Part shown: positions 1 through 13,863 of the stretch, in pieces
How positions within the stretch are numbered: the stretch's first letter is position 1
Layout of the letters: every line of letters begins with the position of its first letter
Assembly: GCF_009914755.1 (NCBI RefSeq)
Contig: NC_060928.1
Source: the human T2T-CHM13v2.0 reference genome, Homo sapiens
Length of the DNA: 64,000 nt
Strand: one strand, 5' to 3'
The notes under the pieces: model-generated
Seen by the model: the letters and a program-made list of their open reading frames with translations, nothing else
Database searches by the model: none
What the model was told of the DNA's origin: nothing
Position numbers and translations under genes: made by a program

Positions 1-711
1 TTCTAAGAAGGGGGGGATGTATTTAGCATTAGAAGATAAAATTGAATTATTAGATATAATTTTTGTTCAAACTCTGCTTCTTTTAATTCATATATTGCAA
101 TTCTTATCGCCATGGAAATACTGAATTGTTAAATAATGAAGAATTACAAACCTGTCAAAAGTGGTTTCTGATCAATTGTGGTCAAAATCATCCACCAATA
201 TTGGAAAACTTATCTCAGCTGTCTCAATCAAAATTGAAGTAGGTCCATCGAAATGTCTTTCAAACTTTAAGCAATATCTTCCAGTATCAAGGACCTTGGA
301 GGGAATAAGAACTATAGTTTTGGAATACATAAAAGATTACTTACTTCTTGTACAAGAGCATGTAACACTTTACTCCTTCTTGTAAGAAAACCAAGTTGTG
401 TAGGAATGGTGGAGATTTGTACAGAATCTACGTGCAATTAATAACAGTCATTCTTTGACATCCTGGAGTATCAAAAAAAATTTTGTCTTGTGGAGACCTT
501 AAAATCTCCCCAGTTTGGCTCCTCTGTGACTTATTCTTCCATTTCCTGCCACTCTTCTCCTCCTTCTTTTTGTCGTCTTTGATACAACATGAAGAACATT
601 TACAGAAGACTTCTCACAGCCCTGTTATACCTTCAAGAACACATAAAAAGGAACCACACATTCTACTTTTAGAATTTTCTGCTCCCTTTGTAGTGTTCCA
701 AGAGTCATGGT

Positions 712-782
712 TGTCAGGCCTCTGAGCCCAAGCTAAGCCATCATATCCCCTGTGACCTGCACGTACACATCCAGATGGCCAG
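712..782 (+). mobile_element. LTR7 (HERV-H LTR) 5' stub, ~70 bp
   Basis: Begins TGTCAGGCCTCTGAGCCCAAGCTAAGCCATCATATCCCCTGTGACCTGCACGTACACATCCAGATGGCC, the recalled LTR7 5' end; similarity stops abruptly. Confidence 0.85.
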
Positions 783-800
783 TGTACATCCAGATGGCCA

Positions 801-884
801 GACATATACATATATATACATATATATGTATATGTCATATACATATATATACATATATATGTATATGTCATATACATATATGAC
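801..884. repeat. TA/CA-rich tandem and palindromic filler, ~33-bp unit x2.3
   Basis: CATATACATATATATACATATATATGTATATGT repeated; 801-836 has self-complementary arms. Confidence 0.85.
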
Positions 885-1275
885 ATTCTGGAAAAGGCAA
901 AACAGAGAAGAGTAAAAAGCTCAGTGGTTGCAGGGGTTATGGTAGAGGCAAGGATGAACAGGAAGAGCACAGAGGATTTTTAAGACAGGGAGACCCTTCT
1001 ATATGATACTACAATGGTGGATACAATAATTATGCATTAAAACTCATAGAATATACAACACAAAGAATGAACCCTAATTAAACTATGGACTTGGGGTAAT
1101 AATGATGTGTCAATATAGTTTGACAAAAATTGTAGCAAATCTACCACTCAAGTGCAGGACACGAAATCTGTCCCTACTGCAGGAGATTGCGCCGGGGGTA
1201 CATGAAGACTTTGTACTTTCTGCTCAGTTTTGCTGTGAACCTAAAACTACTCCAAAAAATTTATTAATGAAAAAA
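881..1275 (+). mobile_element. Old L1 3' end (L1MC-type)
   Basis: TGACATTCTGGAAAAGGCAAAAC...AACTATGGACTT...TTTTGCTGTGAACCTAAAACT motifs typical of L1MC 3'UTR. Confidence 0.75.
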
Positions 1276-1799
1276 ATTCATGACATTTAATTTGATGGAG
1301 AGAATGTAAAACAGTATTTAACCAACTCACACTCCTGCTGATTTACATGGTAATAATTACTGAAGCTAAAGAAAGTCAGTGAGTACCTCCAGGAATGAAA
1401 TAAACTATGAGAGATTGTGTTTAAGGAACAAGCTAGGTTTCCATGTCATAACTTCAGAAATAGAATAATACTTTGGATAATATATCATAAACACAGGAAA
1501 AGTCAATTCTCCCTCAAACTAGCTAGGTTTTCTTGATAAATAATATATATATGGAAAAGAAAAACTCCTTGGTTAGACTTTAAAATAATAATTATATAGA
1601 ATGATAGATAAAATAAACAGGAAAATATGAGAAATGAAAAATAGGTTTGATAGTTATTATGTAATTGCATGAACTATTCATATGTTCTCTTGAAAGAATG
1701 ATAGCTAACTAGTAACTTAATACATACTATTTTTTTTTTTGAATTTCAGACATGATGCTAAGTACTTTACATTCAATTCACAATTTTTCCTCACAAACA

Positions 1800-1950
1800 A
1801 GCAGTATCAGCATCAAGGGCCAGCATTGTCATCAACAGGGAGTGTGTCAAAAATACACAATTTCAGTCCTTATTCCAGATCTACTGAACCAGAATGTGCA
1901 CTTAAAGTCCTTCGGTGATGTTTTTTCATATTAATGTTTGAGAATACTAC
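1800..1950. mobile_element. MER5-type hAT-Charlie MITE fragment
   Basis: CAGCATCA...CCAGATCTACTGAACCAGAA...GGTGAT...TTTGAGAATAC resembles MER5A/B. Confidence 0.55.
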
Positions 1951-3819
1951 CTTATAGCTACAGATCTTTTCCCAGGATCACCCAGGTAGTAGAGCAGAAA
2001 ATCAATTTAACTGTGTAAGCTTCTCAACCAAATTCTATTCTGTATATCACGTAGATGTTAAATACAAACACAGAGGAATCACTACATTTCAAGATTGAAA
2101 TACATGTGATGCTTTTCTACATGTTTTTCCAGAGAATAGACCGAGTCAGATGAGAATCAATGTCAGTATGGATTATTATTCTATCGTAATGTTGATGGAA
2201 TCTTATGATTGAAAAGACAATTGCCTCAAAAGATTTTAAAAAATCAAACTACCCTTGGTAACTTGTCTTTCTCAATCTCCTGGGAGGGCAAAATTATCAA
2301 TTCAGAAATCTAAAAATGATTGAAATAATACCTGGAGAACCCCCTCACATATCGGGAAAATGTGTTCAAAATGGTACAATGTAGACACATTATATTTTCA
2401 TTTTCTTTCTTTTTCAGCATTGACTGAATGCTAAAATTAGGTTCTTGTACTCACAGAAATAAAATGCCTTCTCTAGTATGTAAATAGATAATGTATCTAT
2501 TGAATTTTTTCATTCTCTCAGGTCCTACCCTAATGAATGCCAGTAGATAAGTATTATTTTTTCAGAAAAAATGAAAATAATCTAATCTACATTCTATTTT
2601 GAATCTTGGATGTGATATATGAATGGTGTATCTGGGAGACATTGGTTGAAACAATTAAAAGTAGATAAGAAATGTAATTTTAAAAATAATTGTTTGAGGC
2701 ATAGGTGCTTTTGTATGTCTCTAGCTGGACTATATTTAGATTTCTGATAGTTACAAGGGATATTGTTATGTTAATATTAGTAAAATTATATTGAATCTAT
2801 GTGCACATCATATGCTTTAAAAGAGACCATCTGCTCTTTACATTGTGTTATTACAACATTTACACATAGCTCGGAAAATAGCCATACAAGATTGAAATCT
2901 TAAAACACCCATAAAAATTAATTGATTTTTCTTTACTACCATTCTGAGCTCATTACCTTACTGGTATGGATATATATTATACTGCATTATACTTTTTCCA
3001 TCTCATTACTCTTTTTTGGCACTGTAAAATTAGAACATTCTAAAAGTAAGTTTCTAGGATTTAAAACTGCGACAGCCCACTTTTATAAAAATGTGACAAA
3101 AAATAATTTTTTGAACTTATAAAGGATTCAGAGTTATCTAAATCATGTAAACAAGTTACATTCATTCTTCAATACATTCATAATCTAAAAGATACTAGTT
3201 ACATAGTTTTCTAATATTAATTAATTTTTTTAAATGTTAAGGATAAAAATCTCTGTATTTCCAAATCTAATATATGTCAATATACATTTTATTATATACT
3301 TTATATGCTCTAATTTTGATTTATTTAAAATACATGAAAAGCTAAAGGCTGCCACTTATAAATTTTAAAAGCAAAATGGGAGTCATCTTACTTCCTCCCT
3401 GTCTTTGGTTCACTAATGTGGTTCCTTTCATTGTTCAGGCTCATCAGTATAAGTTGACTAAGATCACACTGATCTTTACATTTATAAATGAATTCAATGT
3501 TTATTCCACAGACATTGGAAACTTAATGCTGTCCCAAGACTTTTTGCTATTGCTAGAGTTTTATATTCTCATGTTCATCTCTGCCTATGAGTTTAGAGAT
3601 CCCATTGTCCTTCTGCTTTTTGCTTCAGTGTCAAACTAGTTGCCATTCATTAATCATAACCATAATTAATTTTACCTAAGCCTCATGTGGCTAAGAAGTG
3701 ACTCGTTACACAAAACTTAAAGTTTGAGTATTAGACATATTGTTTTCAACAAAGTTCAACAATGTTAAAGTTTAATTTGGCATGTTCTGCCTACCATATT
3801 TTTAAAATTAAATTAATTT

Positions 3820-4630
3820 TTTAAAATTAATTGACATAATTGTACATATTTATGGGGTACAAGTTATATTTCAATATATGTATACAGTGTGTAGTAAAGC
3901 AAATCAAAGTATTTTGGATAGCCATCACCTCAAACATTTATCATTTCTTTTTGTTGGGAACAATCACGTTTCTCTCTTCTAGCTATTTTGAAATACACAA
4001 TAAATTGTTGTTACCTGTAGTAATTTTACCGAGCTATAGAACACTAGAACTTATTCCTTTTATCTAATTTTATGTTTGTACCCAGAAATCAATATCTTCA
4101 TCACTCTCCCAACTGTTCCCAGGCTCTGGTAACCACTATTCTACTTTCTACCTCCATGAGGCCAACTTTTCTAGCTCCCACATATGAGTGAGAAACATTT
4201 AGTATTTGTCTTTCTGTGCCTAGTTTATTTCACTTAACATAATGTCTTGCAGGCTCATCCATGTTGCCAGGAATGACAGGATTTCATTCCTTCTTATGGC
4301 TGAATAATATTTCCTTGTGGATATATAGTATTTTCTTTATCCATTTAACAGCTGATGGACGCTTAAGTTGATTCCGTGTCTTGGCTATTGTGAGTAGTGC
4401 TGCAATAAACGTGAAGGTATAGGTAGCTCTCCAACACACTGATTTTTTTGGATATAAATCTAGTAGTGGCAATGCTGGATTATATAGTGTTTCTATGTTT
4501 AGTTTTTTGAGGAATCCCCATACTATTTTCTGTAATGAGTGTACAGTGTATAAGAGTTCCCCTTTCTTCACATCCTCACCAGCATGTGTTACTTTTTCTT
4601 TTTTGTAATATCCATTCTAACTGGAGTAAG
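3820..4630 (-). mobile_element. L1MA-type 3' end fragment
   Basis: ATTGTACATATTTATGGGGTAC...CCATCACCTCAAACATTTATC; ORF 4284-4571(-) resembles the ORF2 C-terminus (FIAALLTIAK). Confidence 0.85.
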
Positions 4631-4729
4631 AATATGCCCACCATATATTTTATCCTTATCCTTCTTTTTTCCTTCTATTTATGTATTCAATATTTATATC
4701 AATATATACTTATAAATATTTTATTTTAT

Positions 4730-4932
4730 AAGTTAAAATTTAATACCAACATTATTTGTTGCCCAAATTGATTCAGCCTTGGTTGTTAGGACCATTATAA
4801 GTCTGATTGGCTCCTGTGCTCTTTCAAAATGCTCCCACCTTCTTTTGAACATCTTCTTACTTTCCCACACCACCAGATATATATGGCTTACCTAGGATTT
4901 TCTCTGTCTCAGCCCTGGAATCAACTACTTCT
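4730..4932 (-). mobile_element. Old L1MC-like fragment
   Basis: TTGTTGCCCAAATTG...TTGGCTCCTGTG...CAGCCCTGGAATCAAC motif of old L1MC 3' regions. Confidence 0.5.
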
Positions 4933-6579
4933 TTTTTTAATAAACTTTTTTTTTTAAAGAAAATTTCAATAGGTTTTTGGGGAAAAGCTTGTGTTTGGTT
5001 ACATGGATAAGTTCTTTAGTGGTGATATCCAAGATTTTGGTGCACCCATCACCTGAGCAGTGTACAGTGTACCCAATGTGTCATCTTTTATACCTGTTTA
5101 ACCTCCCTCCCTTCCCACCAAGTCCCCAATGTCCATTGTATCATTCTTATGGCTTCGTGTCCTCATAGCTTAGCTCCCACTTATAAGTGAGAACATATGA
5201 TATTTGGTTTTCCATTCCAGAGTTATTACACTTAGAGTAACGGTCTCCAATTCCATCCAGCTTGCTGGGAATGCCATTATTTTGTTTCTTTTTATGGCTG
5301 AGTAGTATTTCATAGTATATACATATCACATTTTCTTCATCCACTCATTCATTGGTTGGCATTTGGGAAGGTTCCATATTTTTTCAATTGTTAATTGTGC
5401 TGCTATAAATATGCAGGGTCTTCTTCAAATAATAACTTCTTTTGCTCTGGGTAGATACACAGGAATGAGCTTGCTGGATCAAATAGTAGATCTACTTTTG
5501 GTTTTTTAAGGAATCTCCACACTGTTTTCTATAATGGTTGTACTACTTTACATTCCCACCAGCAGTGTAAAAGTGTTCCTTTTTCTCCAAATCCATGCCA
5601 ACATCTATTTTTTTTTTTTTTTAAGTTATGGCCATTCTTGCAGGAGTAAAGTGTTAGTGCACTGTGGTTTTGATTTGTGTTTCCCTGATAATTAGTGATG
5701 TTGAGCATTTTCTTTTTTTTACGTTTGGTGGCCATTTGTATATCTTCTTTTGAGAATTGTCTATTCATGTCCTTAACCTACTTTTTGATGGCATTGTTTG
5801 TTTGTTTTCTTGCTGATTTGTTTGAGTTCCTTATAAATTCTAGGTATTAGTCCTTTGTTGGATGCGTAGTTTGCAAAGATTTTTCTCCCACTCTGTGGGT
5901 TTTCTGTTTACTCTGCTAATTATGTCTTTTGCTTTGCAGAAGCTTTTTTGTTTAATTAAATCCCATCTATCTTTTTTTGTTTGTTTGTTTCACTTGCTTT
6001 AGGGTTCTTGGTCATGAAGTCTTTGCCTCGGCCAGTGTCTAGAAGGGTGTTTCCAATGTTATCTTCTAGATTTTTTGTGGTTTTTGTCTTAGACTTAAAC
6101 CTTTGATCCATCTTGAGTGGATTTTTGTATAAGGTGAGAGATGAGGATTCAGTTTCATTCTTATACATGTGGCTTGCCAATTAATTATCCCAGCACCTTT
6201 GTTGAATAGGGTATCCTTTCCCCACTTTATGTTTTGGTTTGCTTTGTCGAAGATCAGTTGACTGTAAGTGTTTTCCTTTTTTTCCTCAGTTCTCTATTCT
6301 GCTCCATGGGTCTATGTGCCCAATATTATACCAGTACCATGCTGTTTCCATGACTATAGTCTTGTGTTATAGTTTGAAGTTGGGTAATGTAATGCCTCCA
6401 GATTTGTTATTTTTGCTTAATATTGCTTTGGCTAGCTGGGCCCTTTTTTGGTTCTACATGAATTTTAGGATGTTTATTTCTAGTTCTGTGAGGTATGATG
6501 GTAGAATTTTGATGTGAATTTCATTGAGTTTATAAATTGCTTTTGGCAGTATGGTCATTTGCACAAAATTGATTCTACT

Positions 6580-6937
6580 TGATATGGTTTGGCTGTGTCC
6601 CCACTCAAATCTCATCATGAATTCCCACGTACTGTGAGAGGGACCTGATGGGAGGAAACTGAATCATGTGGGCAGGTCTTTCTCGTACTGTTCTCGTAAT
6701 GCTGAATAAGTCTCACAAGATCTAATGGTTTTGAAAAATGGGAATCTCTCTGCACAAGATCTCACTCTTTGCCTGCTGCCATCAGTGTAAAATGTGACTT
6801 GCTCTTCCTTGCCTTCCACCATGATTGTAAGGCTTCTCCAGCCATGTGGAACTGTAAGTACAATTAAATCTTTTTCTTTTGTAAATTGCCCAGTCTTGAG
6901 TATGTTTTTATCAGCAGTGTGAAAACAGACTAATATA
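6580..6937 (+). mobile_element. THE1 (THE1B-like) solo LTR, ERVL-MaLR
   Basis: TGATATGGTTTGGCTGTGTCCCCAC...GACTAATATA; 5-bp TSD CTACT/CTACC; host L1 resumes in register. Confidence 0.93.
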
Positions 6938-8632
6938 CTACCCATCCATGAGCACAGGATATGTTTCCATTTGTTTGTGTCATCTGTGATTTCTTTTAGC
7001 AATGTTTTGTAGTTTCCCTTGTAGTGGTCCTTCACCTCCTTAGTTAGGTATATTCCTAAGTATTTTTTTTTCCAGCTATTTTAAAAGGGGTGAAGTTCTT
7101 GATTTAATTCTCAGCTTGGTTACTGTTGGGGTATAGCAGTGCTACTGATTTGCATACATTGGTTTTGTATCCTGTAACGTTGCTGAATTTATTTATCAGT
7201 TCTAGGAGCTTTCTGGATGAGTCTTTAGGGTTTTCTATTTATATGATCATATTATCAGTGAACAGTGACAGTTTGGGTTCCTCTTTACAGATTTGGATGC
7301 CCTTGATTTCTTTCTCTTGTCTGATTGCTCTGACTGTGACTTCCAGTAGTACGCTGAATAGAAGTGGTGAAAGTTTTCATCCTTTTCTGTTCCAGTTCTC
7401 AGGGGGAATGCTTTCAAGTTTTCCCTGTTCACTCTAATATTGGCTGTGGGTTTGTCGTACATGTCTTTTATTACCTTAAGATATATCCCTTCTATACCAA
7501 TTTTTCTGAGGGTTTTAGTCATAAAGGACTGCTGGAGTTTGTCAAAAGGTTTTCTGTATCTATTGAGATAATCATGTAAGTTTTGTTTTTAATTATGTTA
7601 ATGTGATGTATCACATTTATTGACTTGTGTATGTTAAGCCATCCCTGCATTGCTGGTATGCAACCAAGATCATGGTGAATTACCTTTTTTATATGCTGTT
7701 GGATTTGGTTGGCTAGTATTTTGTTGAGGATTTTTGCATCTATGTTCATCAGAAATATTGGTCTGTAGTTTTCCTTTTTTGTTGTGTCCTTTTTTGGTTT
7801 TGGTATTAGGGTGATACTGGCTTCATAGAATGATTTAGGAAGAATCCCCTCTTTATCTTTTGGAATAGTTTTAATATAATTAATATCAATTCTTCTTTGA
7901 AAGTCTGATAGAATTTAGCTGTGAATCCATCTGGTCCTGGACTTTTTTTTTGTTGACATTTTCTTTTATTACCATTTCATTCTTGCTGCTTGTTATTGGT
8001 CTGTTTAGAGTTTCAATTTATTCCTCGTTTAATCTAGGAAAATTGTATATTTCCAGGAATTTATCCATCTTCTCTAGGTTTTCTAGTTTGTGCATGTAAA
8101 GGTATTCATAGTAGCCTTGAATGATCTTTTGCATTTCTGTGGCATTAGTTGTAATATCTCCTATTTCGTGTCTAACTGAGATTATTTGGATCTTCTCTCT
8201 TCTTTTCTTGGTTAATTTCACTAATGAAATTTCAATTTTGTTTATCTTTTCAAAGAACCAGCTTTTCATTTCATTTATCTTTTATAGATTTTTGTGTTTT
8301 TTTATTTTAATTTCATTTAATTCTGCTCTGATCTGGGTTATTCCTTTTCTTTGGCTGGATTTGGGCGTGGTTTGTTCCTGTTTCTCTAGTTCTTTGAGGT
8401 GTGACTTTAGATTGCTATCTGTGTTCTTTCAGACTTTTTGATGTAGGCCTTTAATGCTATGAACTTTCCTCTGAGCATCACTTTTGCTGTATCCCAGAGG
8501 TTTTGATAGGTTGTGTCACTATTATCATTCAGTTCAAAGAATTTTTTAATTTCCATCTTGATTTCATTGTTGACCCAACAATCATTCAGAAGCAGACTAT
8601 TTAATTTTCATGTATTTGCATGGCTTTGAGGT

Positions 8633-10899
8633 TGTACTAGTCCATTTTCACACTGCTGATAAAGACATACCCAAGGCTGGGCAATTTACAAAAGAAAGAG
8701 GTTAAATTGACTCAGTTCCACATGACTGGGGAGGCTTCATAATCATGGTGAAAGGTGAAAGGCACGTCTCACATGGTAGTAGACAAGGGAAGAGAAATTG
8801 TGCAGGGAAACTCCCCTTTATAAAACCATCAGATGTCATGAGAGTTATTCACTATTGCAAGAATAGCATGGAAAAACCCACCCCCGTGATTCAATTGTCT
8901 CTGACCAGGTTCCTCCTACAATATGTGGGAACTACAGGAGCTATAATTCAAGATGAGATTTGGGTGGGAACACATTAAACCATATTGTTCTGTCCTGACC
9001 CCTCCCAAATCTCATGTCCTCACATTTCAAAACCAATCATGCCTTCCCAACAGTCCCCCAAAGTTTTAACTCATTTCAGCATTAACTTAAAAGTCCACAA
9101 TCTAAAGTCTCATCCAAGTAAGCCAAGACCCTCCCACCTATGAGCATGTAAAATCAAAAACAAGTTAGTTACTTCCTAGATACAATGAGCATATAAGAAT
9201 TGGGTAAGTACAGCCATTTGAAATGGGATAATTTGGCCAAAACAAAGGGGCTAAAGGCCCCATGCAAGTCTGAAATCTAGCAGGGTAGTCAAATTTTAAA
9301 GCTCTAAAATTATCTCCTTTGACTCCATGTCCCATATCCAGGTCCTGCTAATGCAAGTGGTATATTCCCATGATCTTGGGGACCTCTGTCCCTGTGGATT
9401 TGAAGGGTGCAGCCTCCCGGCATCTTTCACAGATTGGCACTGAGTTTCTGCAGCTTTTGCAGGTGTACAGAGCTGACTGATCTGCCATTCTGGGGTCTAG
9501 AAAATGGTGGTTCTCTTCTCACAGCTTCACTAAACAGCATCTCAGTAGGGACTCTGTGTGGGTGTGCCCACCCCACATTTTTCTTCTGCACTGCCCTAGC
9601 AGAGGTTACCCATGAGTGCCCTGCCCCTGCAGCAAACATCTGCTTGGGCATACCAGCATTTCCAAACAGCCTCTGAAATCTAGGCACAGGTTTCCAAACC
9701 TCAATTCTTGACTTCTGCATACTGGTAGGCTCAACACCACAAGGAATCTGCCAAGGCTTTGGGCTTACACCCTCTGAAGCCATGGCCCAAGCTGTAACTT
9801 GGCCCCTTTCAGTCACTGCAAGTCACCAAGTCCCTAGACTGCACACAGCAGAGGGACCCTGGGCCTTGCCCGTGAAACCATTTTTTCCTTTTAGGCCTCT
9901 ACGTCTGTGATGAGAGGGACTGCTGTGAAGGTCTCTGACATGCCCTGGAGACATTTTCCCCATTTTCCTGATGATTACCATTCAGCTCCTCAGTACTTAT
10001 GCCAATTTCTGCAACAGGCTTGAATTTCTCCACAGAAATCAGGTTTTTCTTTTCTATCGCATTGTCAGGCTCCACATTTTTGAAAATTTTATGCTATGTT
10101 TTCCTTTTGAAACTGAATGTCTTTAGTAGTAGCCAAGTCACCTCTTGAATGCTTTGCTGCTTAAAAATTTCTTAAACCAGACACCCTAAATCATCTTTCT
10201 CAAGTTCAAAGTTCCACAAATCTCTACAGCAGGGGCAAAATGCTGCCAGTCTCCTTGCTGAAACATAACAAGAGTCACTTTTGCTCCAGTTTCCAAAACA
10301 TTCCTCATTTCTATCTGAGACCAACTCAGCCAGGATTTCATTGTCCATACCATTATCACCAGTTTTGTCAAAGCCATTCAACAAGTCTCTAGGGAGTTCC
10401 AAACTTTCCCACATTTTTCTGTCTTTTTCTGAGTCCTCCAAACTGTTCTAACCTCTGCCTGTTACCCAGTTCCAAAGTTACTTCCACATTTTTGAGCAAC
10501 TGTCTTTTCAGTGGGCTTCACTCTATGGGTACCAACTTACTGTATTTGTTCATTTTCATTCTGTTGATGAAGACATACCTGAGACTGGGCAATTTACAAA
10601 AGAAAGAGGTTTAATGGACTCACAGTTCCATGAGGCTGAGGAGGCCTCACAGTCATGGAAGAAGGTGAAAGGCACATCTCATATGGTGGCAGACAAGAGA
10701 AGAGGACTTGTTCAGGGCAACTTTCCTTTTAAAAACCATCAGATCCTGTGAGAGTTAATCACTATCATGAGAATAGCATGGGAAAGACCTGCCCCCATGA
10801 TTCAATTATCTCCCACTAGGTCCCTCCCACAACATGTGGGAATTATGGGAGCTACAATTCAAAATGAGATTTGGGTGGGGACAAAGCCCAGCCATATCA
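8633..10899 (-). mobile_element. Full-length THE1 element (LTR 8633-8987, internal 8988-10540, LTR 10541-10899)
   Basis: Two ~355-bp direct-repeat LTRs around a ~1.55-kb internal region with THE1-int ORF remnants (MWESLELPRDLLNGFD, SRIEVWKPVPRFQRLFGNA). Confidence 0.93.
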
Positions 10900-13779
10900 G
10901 ATGGTTTCTTTTGGAGTTTATTTCCAATTTTATTTCCCTGTGGTCTTGATAGAATTTTATTTTCTTTAAATTTATTGAGACTTATTTTGTGGCCTATTAT
11001 ATGGTCTATCTTGGAGAATATTCCATATGCTGATGAATAGAATGTATATTCTGCAGTTGTTGGGTAGAATGTTCTGTAATTATTTGTCAAGTTTATTTGT
11101 TATATGGTATAGTTTCAGTCCATTGTTGCTGTGTTGACTTTCTGTTGTGATAAACTGTCTAATGCTGTCAGTGGAATATTAAAGTACCCCACAATTATTG
11201 TATTGTCGTCTATCTCATTTCTTAGGTCTGGTAGTAATTGTTTTATAAATTTGGAAGCTCCAGTGTTAGGTGCATATATATTTAGGATTGTGATATTTTT
11301 CTGTTGGACTAGTCCTTTTATCATTGTATAATGTCCTTCTCTGCCTTTTTCAACTGTTGTTGCTTTAAAGTCTGATAGAAGAATAGCTATTCCTGTTCAC
11401 TTTTGGTGTCCATTTGCATGGAATATAATTTTCCACCCCTTTAGGTGGAAAAGTTTTATGTAAGATCTTATGTGTTAGGTGAGTCTCTTGAAGGCAACAG
11501 ATACTTGGTTCCTGAATTCTTACACACTCTGACATTCTGTATCTTTCCCGTGGAGCATTTAGGCCATTTACATTCACCATTAGTATTTAGATTTGAGGTA
11601 CTAGTCTATTCATTTTGCTATTTGTTTCTTGAACACTTTGTGTATTTTTTGAATTTAATTTATTGTGTTTTGTTTTATAGATCTGGTGAGATTTATGCTT
11701 TAAGGAGGCACTATTTTGGTGTATTTTGAGCTTTTTGTTTCAAGATTTAGAAGTTTTTATTTATTTATTTATTTATTTTTATTTTTTATTCTTGTAATGC
11801 TGGCATGGTACTGGCAAATTCTCTCAGCATTTGTTTTCTGAAAAAGATTCTATCTTTCCTTCATTTATAAAGATTAGTTTTGCCTGATAGAAAATTCTCG
11901 GCTGATAATTGTTTTGTTTAAGGGGGCTAAGAATAGGACCCCAATCCCTTTAGGCTCATAGGATTTCTGTAGAAAAATCTACCTTTAATTTGATTGGTTT
12001 TCTTTTGTAAGATACCTGATGCTTTTGCCTCACAGCTCTTAAGATTATTTTCTTTGTCTTGATTTTAAATAACCTGGTAAGTATGTGCCTAGGTGATGAT
12101 CTTTTTGTGATGAATTTCCTGGGTGATTTTTGGGCTTCTTGTACTTGGATGACTAGATCTCAAGCAAGGCCAGGGAAGTTTTCTTCAATTATTCCCTCAA
12201 ATAAGTTTTCCTAACTTAGATTTCTCTTCTTCTGCAAGAATACAAATTATTTTTATGTTTGGTTATTTAACATAATCCCAAACTTCTTGGAGACTGTGTT
12301 CTTTTTATATTATTCTTTTTTCTTTGTCATTGTTGGATTGGGTTAAGTCAAAAGTCTTGTCTTCAAACTCTGAAGTCTTTCTTATACCTGTTCAATTTGA
12401 TTGCTGTAACTTTCTAGTGTATTTTGCATTTCTCTAATTATTTCCAGAAGTTGTGATTGTTTTTTATTTATGCTATCAATATCTCTGGACTTTTTTAATC
12501 TATATATCCTGTATTATTTTTAAAGTTTATTTTTTAGATTTCACCTTTCTCTGGTGTCTCCTTGAGTAGCTTAATAGTCAATCTTCTGATTTTTTTTTTT
12601 TTTCCTGGAAATTCAGAGATTTCTACTTGGTTTGGATCCATTGTTGGAGAGCTAGTGTGGTCTTCGGGGTGTTAAAGAAACTTGCTTTGCCATATTACCA
12701 GAATTCTTTTTCTGGTTTCTTCTCATTTTGGTAGACTATGTCAGAAGAAAGATCTATGACTCAAGGGCTATTGTTCAGATCATTTTGTCACACTGGGTGA
12801 TCCCTTGATGTGGTGCTTTCCCCATTCACCTAGGATTGGGGCTTCCTAATTGCTGAACTGTAGTGATTGTTATTGCTCTTCTGGGTCTAGCCACTCAGAG
12901 GAGCTATATGGCTCTGGGCTGGTACTGGGAAGTGTCTCCACAGAGTCCTGTGACCTGATCCATCTTCAGGTCCCTCAGCTGTGGATACCAGCACCTGCTC
13001 CAGTAGAGGTAGCAGGGGAGTAAAGTGGACTTCATGAAGGTCATTGGTTGTAGTGTTGTTTACTTTGCTGATTTTCATGAATTCTTGTTGTACTAGCAGT
13101 GAAGTTGTCATGCGGACACATCAGGAACTCTGGTTAGCCAGGATGTTACAGGCGGTGGAATTAGCTGTTATTTTTTCCTTTCTTACAGCAGGGTTGCCTT
13201 TTATGAACTGCTGTAATGGCTTGAGTTGGTAGGCCTCCAGCCAAGAGGTGGTGCTTTCAAGAAAGCATCAGCTATGGTAGTATGGGGGGATAAAATATTG
13301 CGCTAATGTCACCTGGATAAGTGTTTGGGTTTCACAGGTGATGGGCAGAAACGTAGAGTGTCCATGAGATTATATATTTTGTCTTTGGATACCAGCCCAG
13401 GTAGAGAAAGGATATCAAGTGGGGACGGGATTAGGCAGATCTAAGCCCAGAATCTCCTTGAGAGGCGCTTGCTGTGGCCACTATGGGGATCATGGGGGTG
13501 AGATTATCAGGCTAATGGTGTTGTCTTTCTAGTGGTATAATGGCTGCCTCTCCTTCTTCATATAGGCCACCAGAGAAGTGGGGGAAAGCGGTCAGTGACA
13601 GATCTCACCCAGCTTCCATGTTTTTTTTATTTTCCTGGTATGTTCCCTTGATAGTTCTTAGAGCAAAAGTTCACGACATGAGTCTCCACATGTTGTTCTG
13701 TCTGAGTGGGAGCTTCAAGTTTGTTCTGCCTCCTATCTGCCATTTTTCTTTTTCAATTACTCTATCCTTTTCTCTAAAT

Positions 13780-13832
13780 AAGATTTTCTCAATTTAGTGC
13801 TATTGATATTATGGGCTAAATATTTTGTTTGT
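13780..13832. mobile_element. MER20-like fragment
   Basis: TTCTCAATTTAGTGCTATTGATATTATGGGCTAAATATTTTGTT resembles the MER20 terminus. Confidence 0.4.
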
Positions 13833-13863
13833 CTTTCACATTTCAAATATAATTAACACGATT

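Larger units (their letters stand above)
4960..13748 (-). mobile_element. Near-full-length L1PB LINE-1, decayed, interrupted by two THE1 insertions
   Basis: L1PB 3' end (TTTCAATAGGTTTTTGGG...GGTGCACCCATCACC); ORF2 remnants ([44 protein letters not shown]); ORF1 region; 5'UTR-like sequence to ~13748. Confidence 0.9.

Noticed and set aside
614-970. 118-aa ORF with YMYMTYTYICI repeats
   Set aside because: Chance read-through of the TA/CA filler, LTR7 stub and L1; no coding signature
2400-2560. Polypyrimidine-AG acceptor-like sites (also ~51980 and ~53340)
   Set aside because: No convincing paired donor or coding exon; common by chance in AT-rich DNA
9407-10441. ORFs of 63-129 aa
   Set aside because: THE1 internal-region remnants
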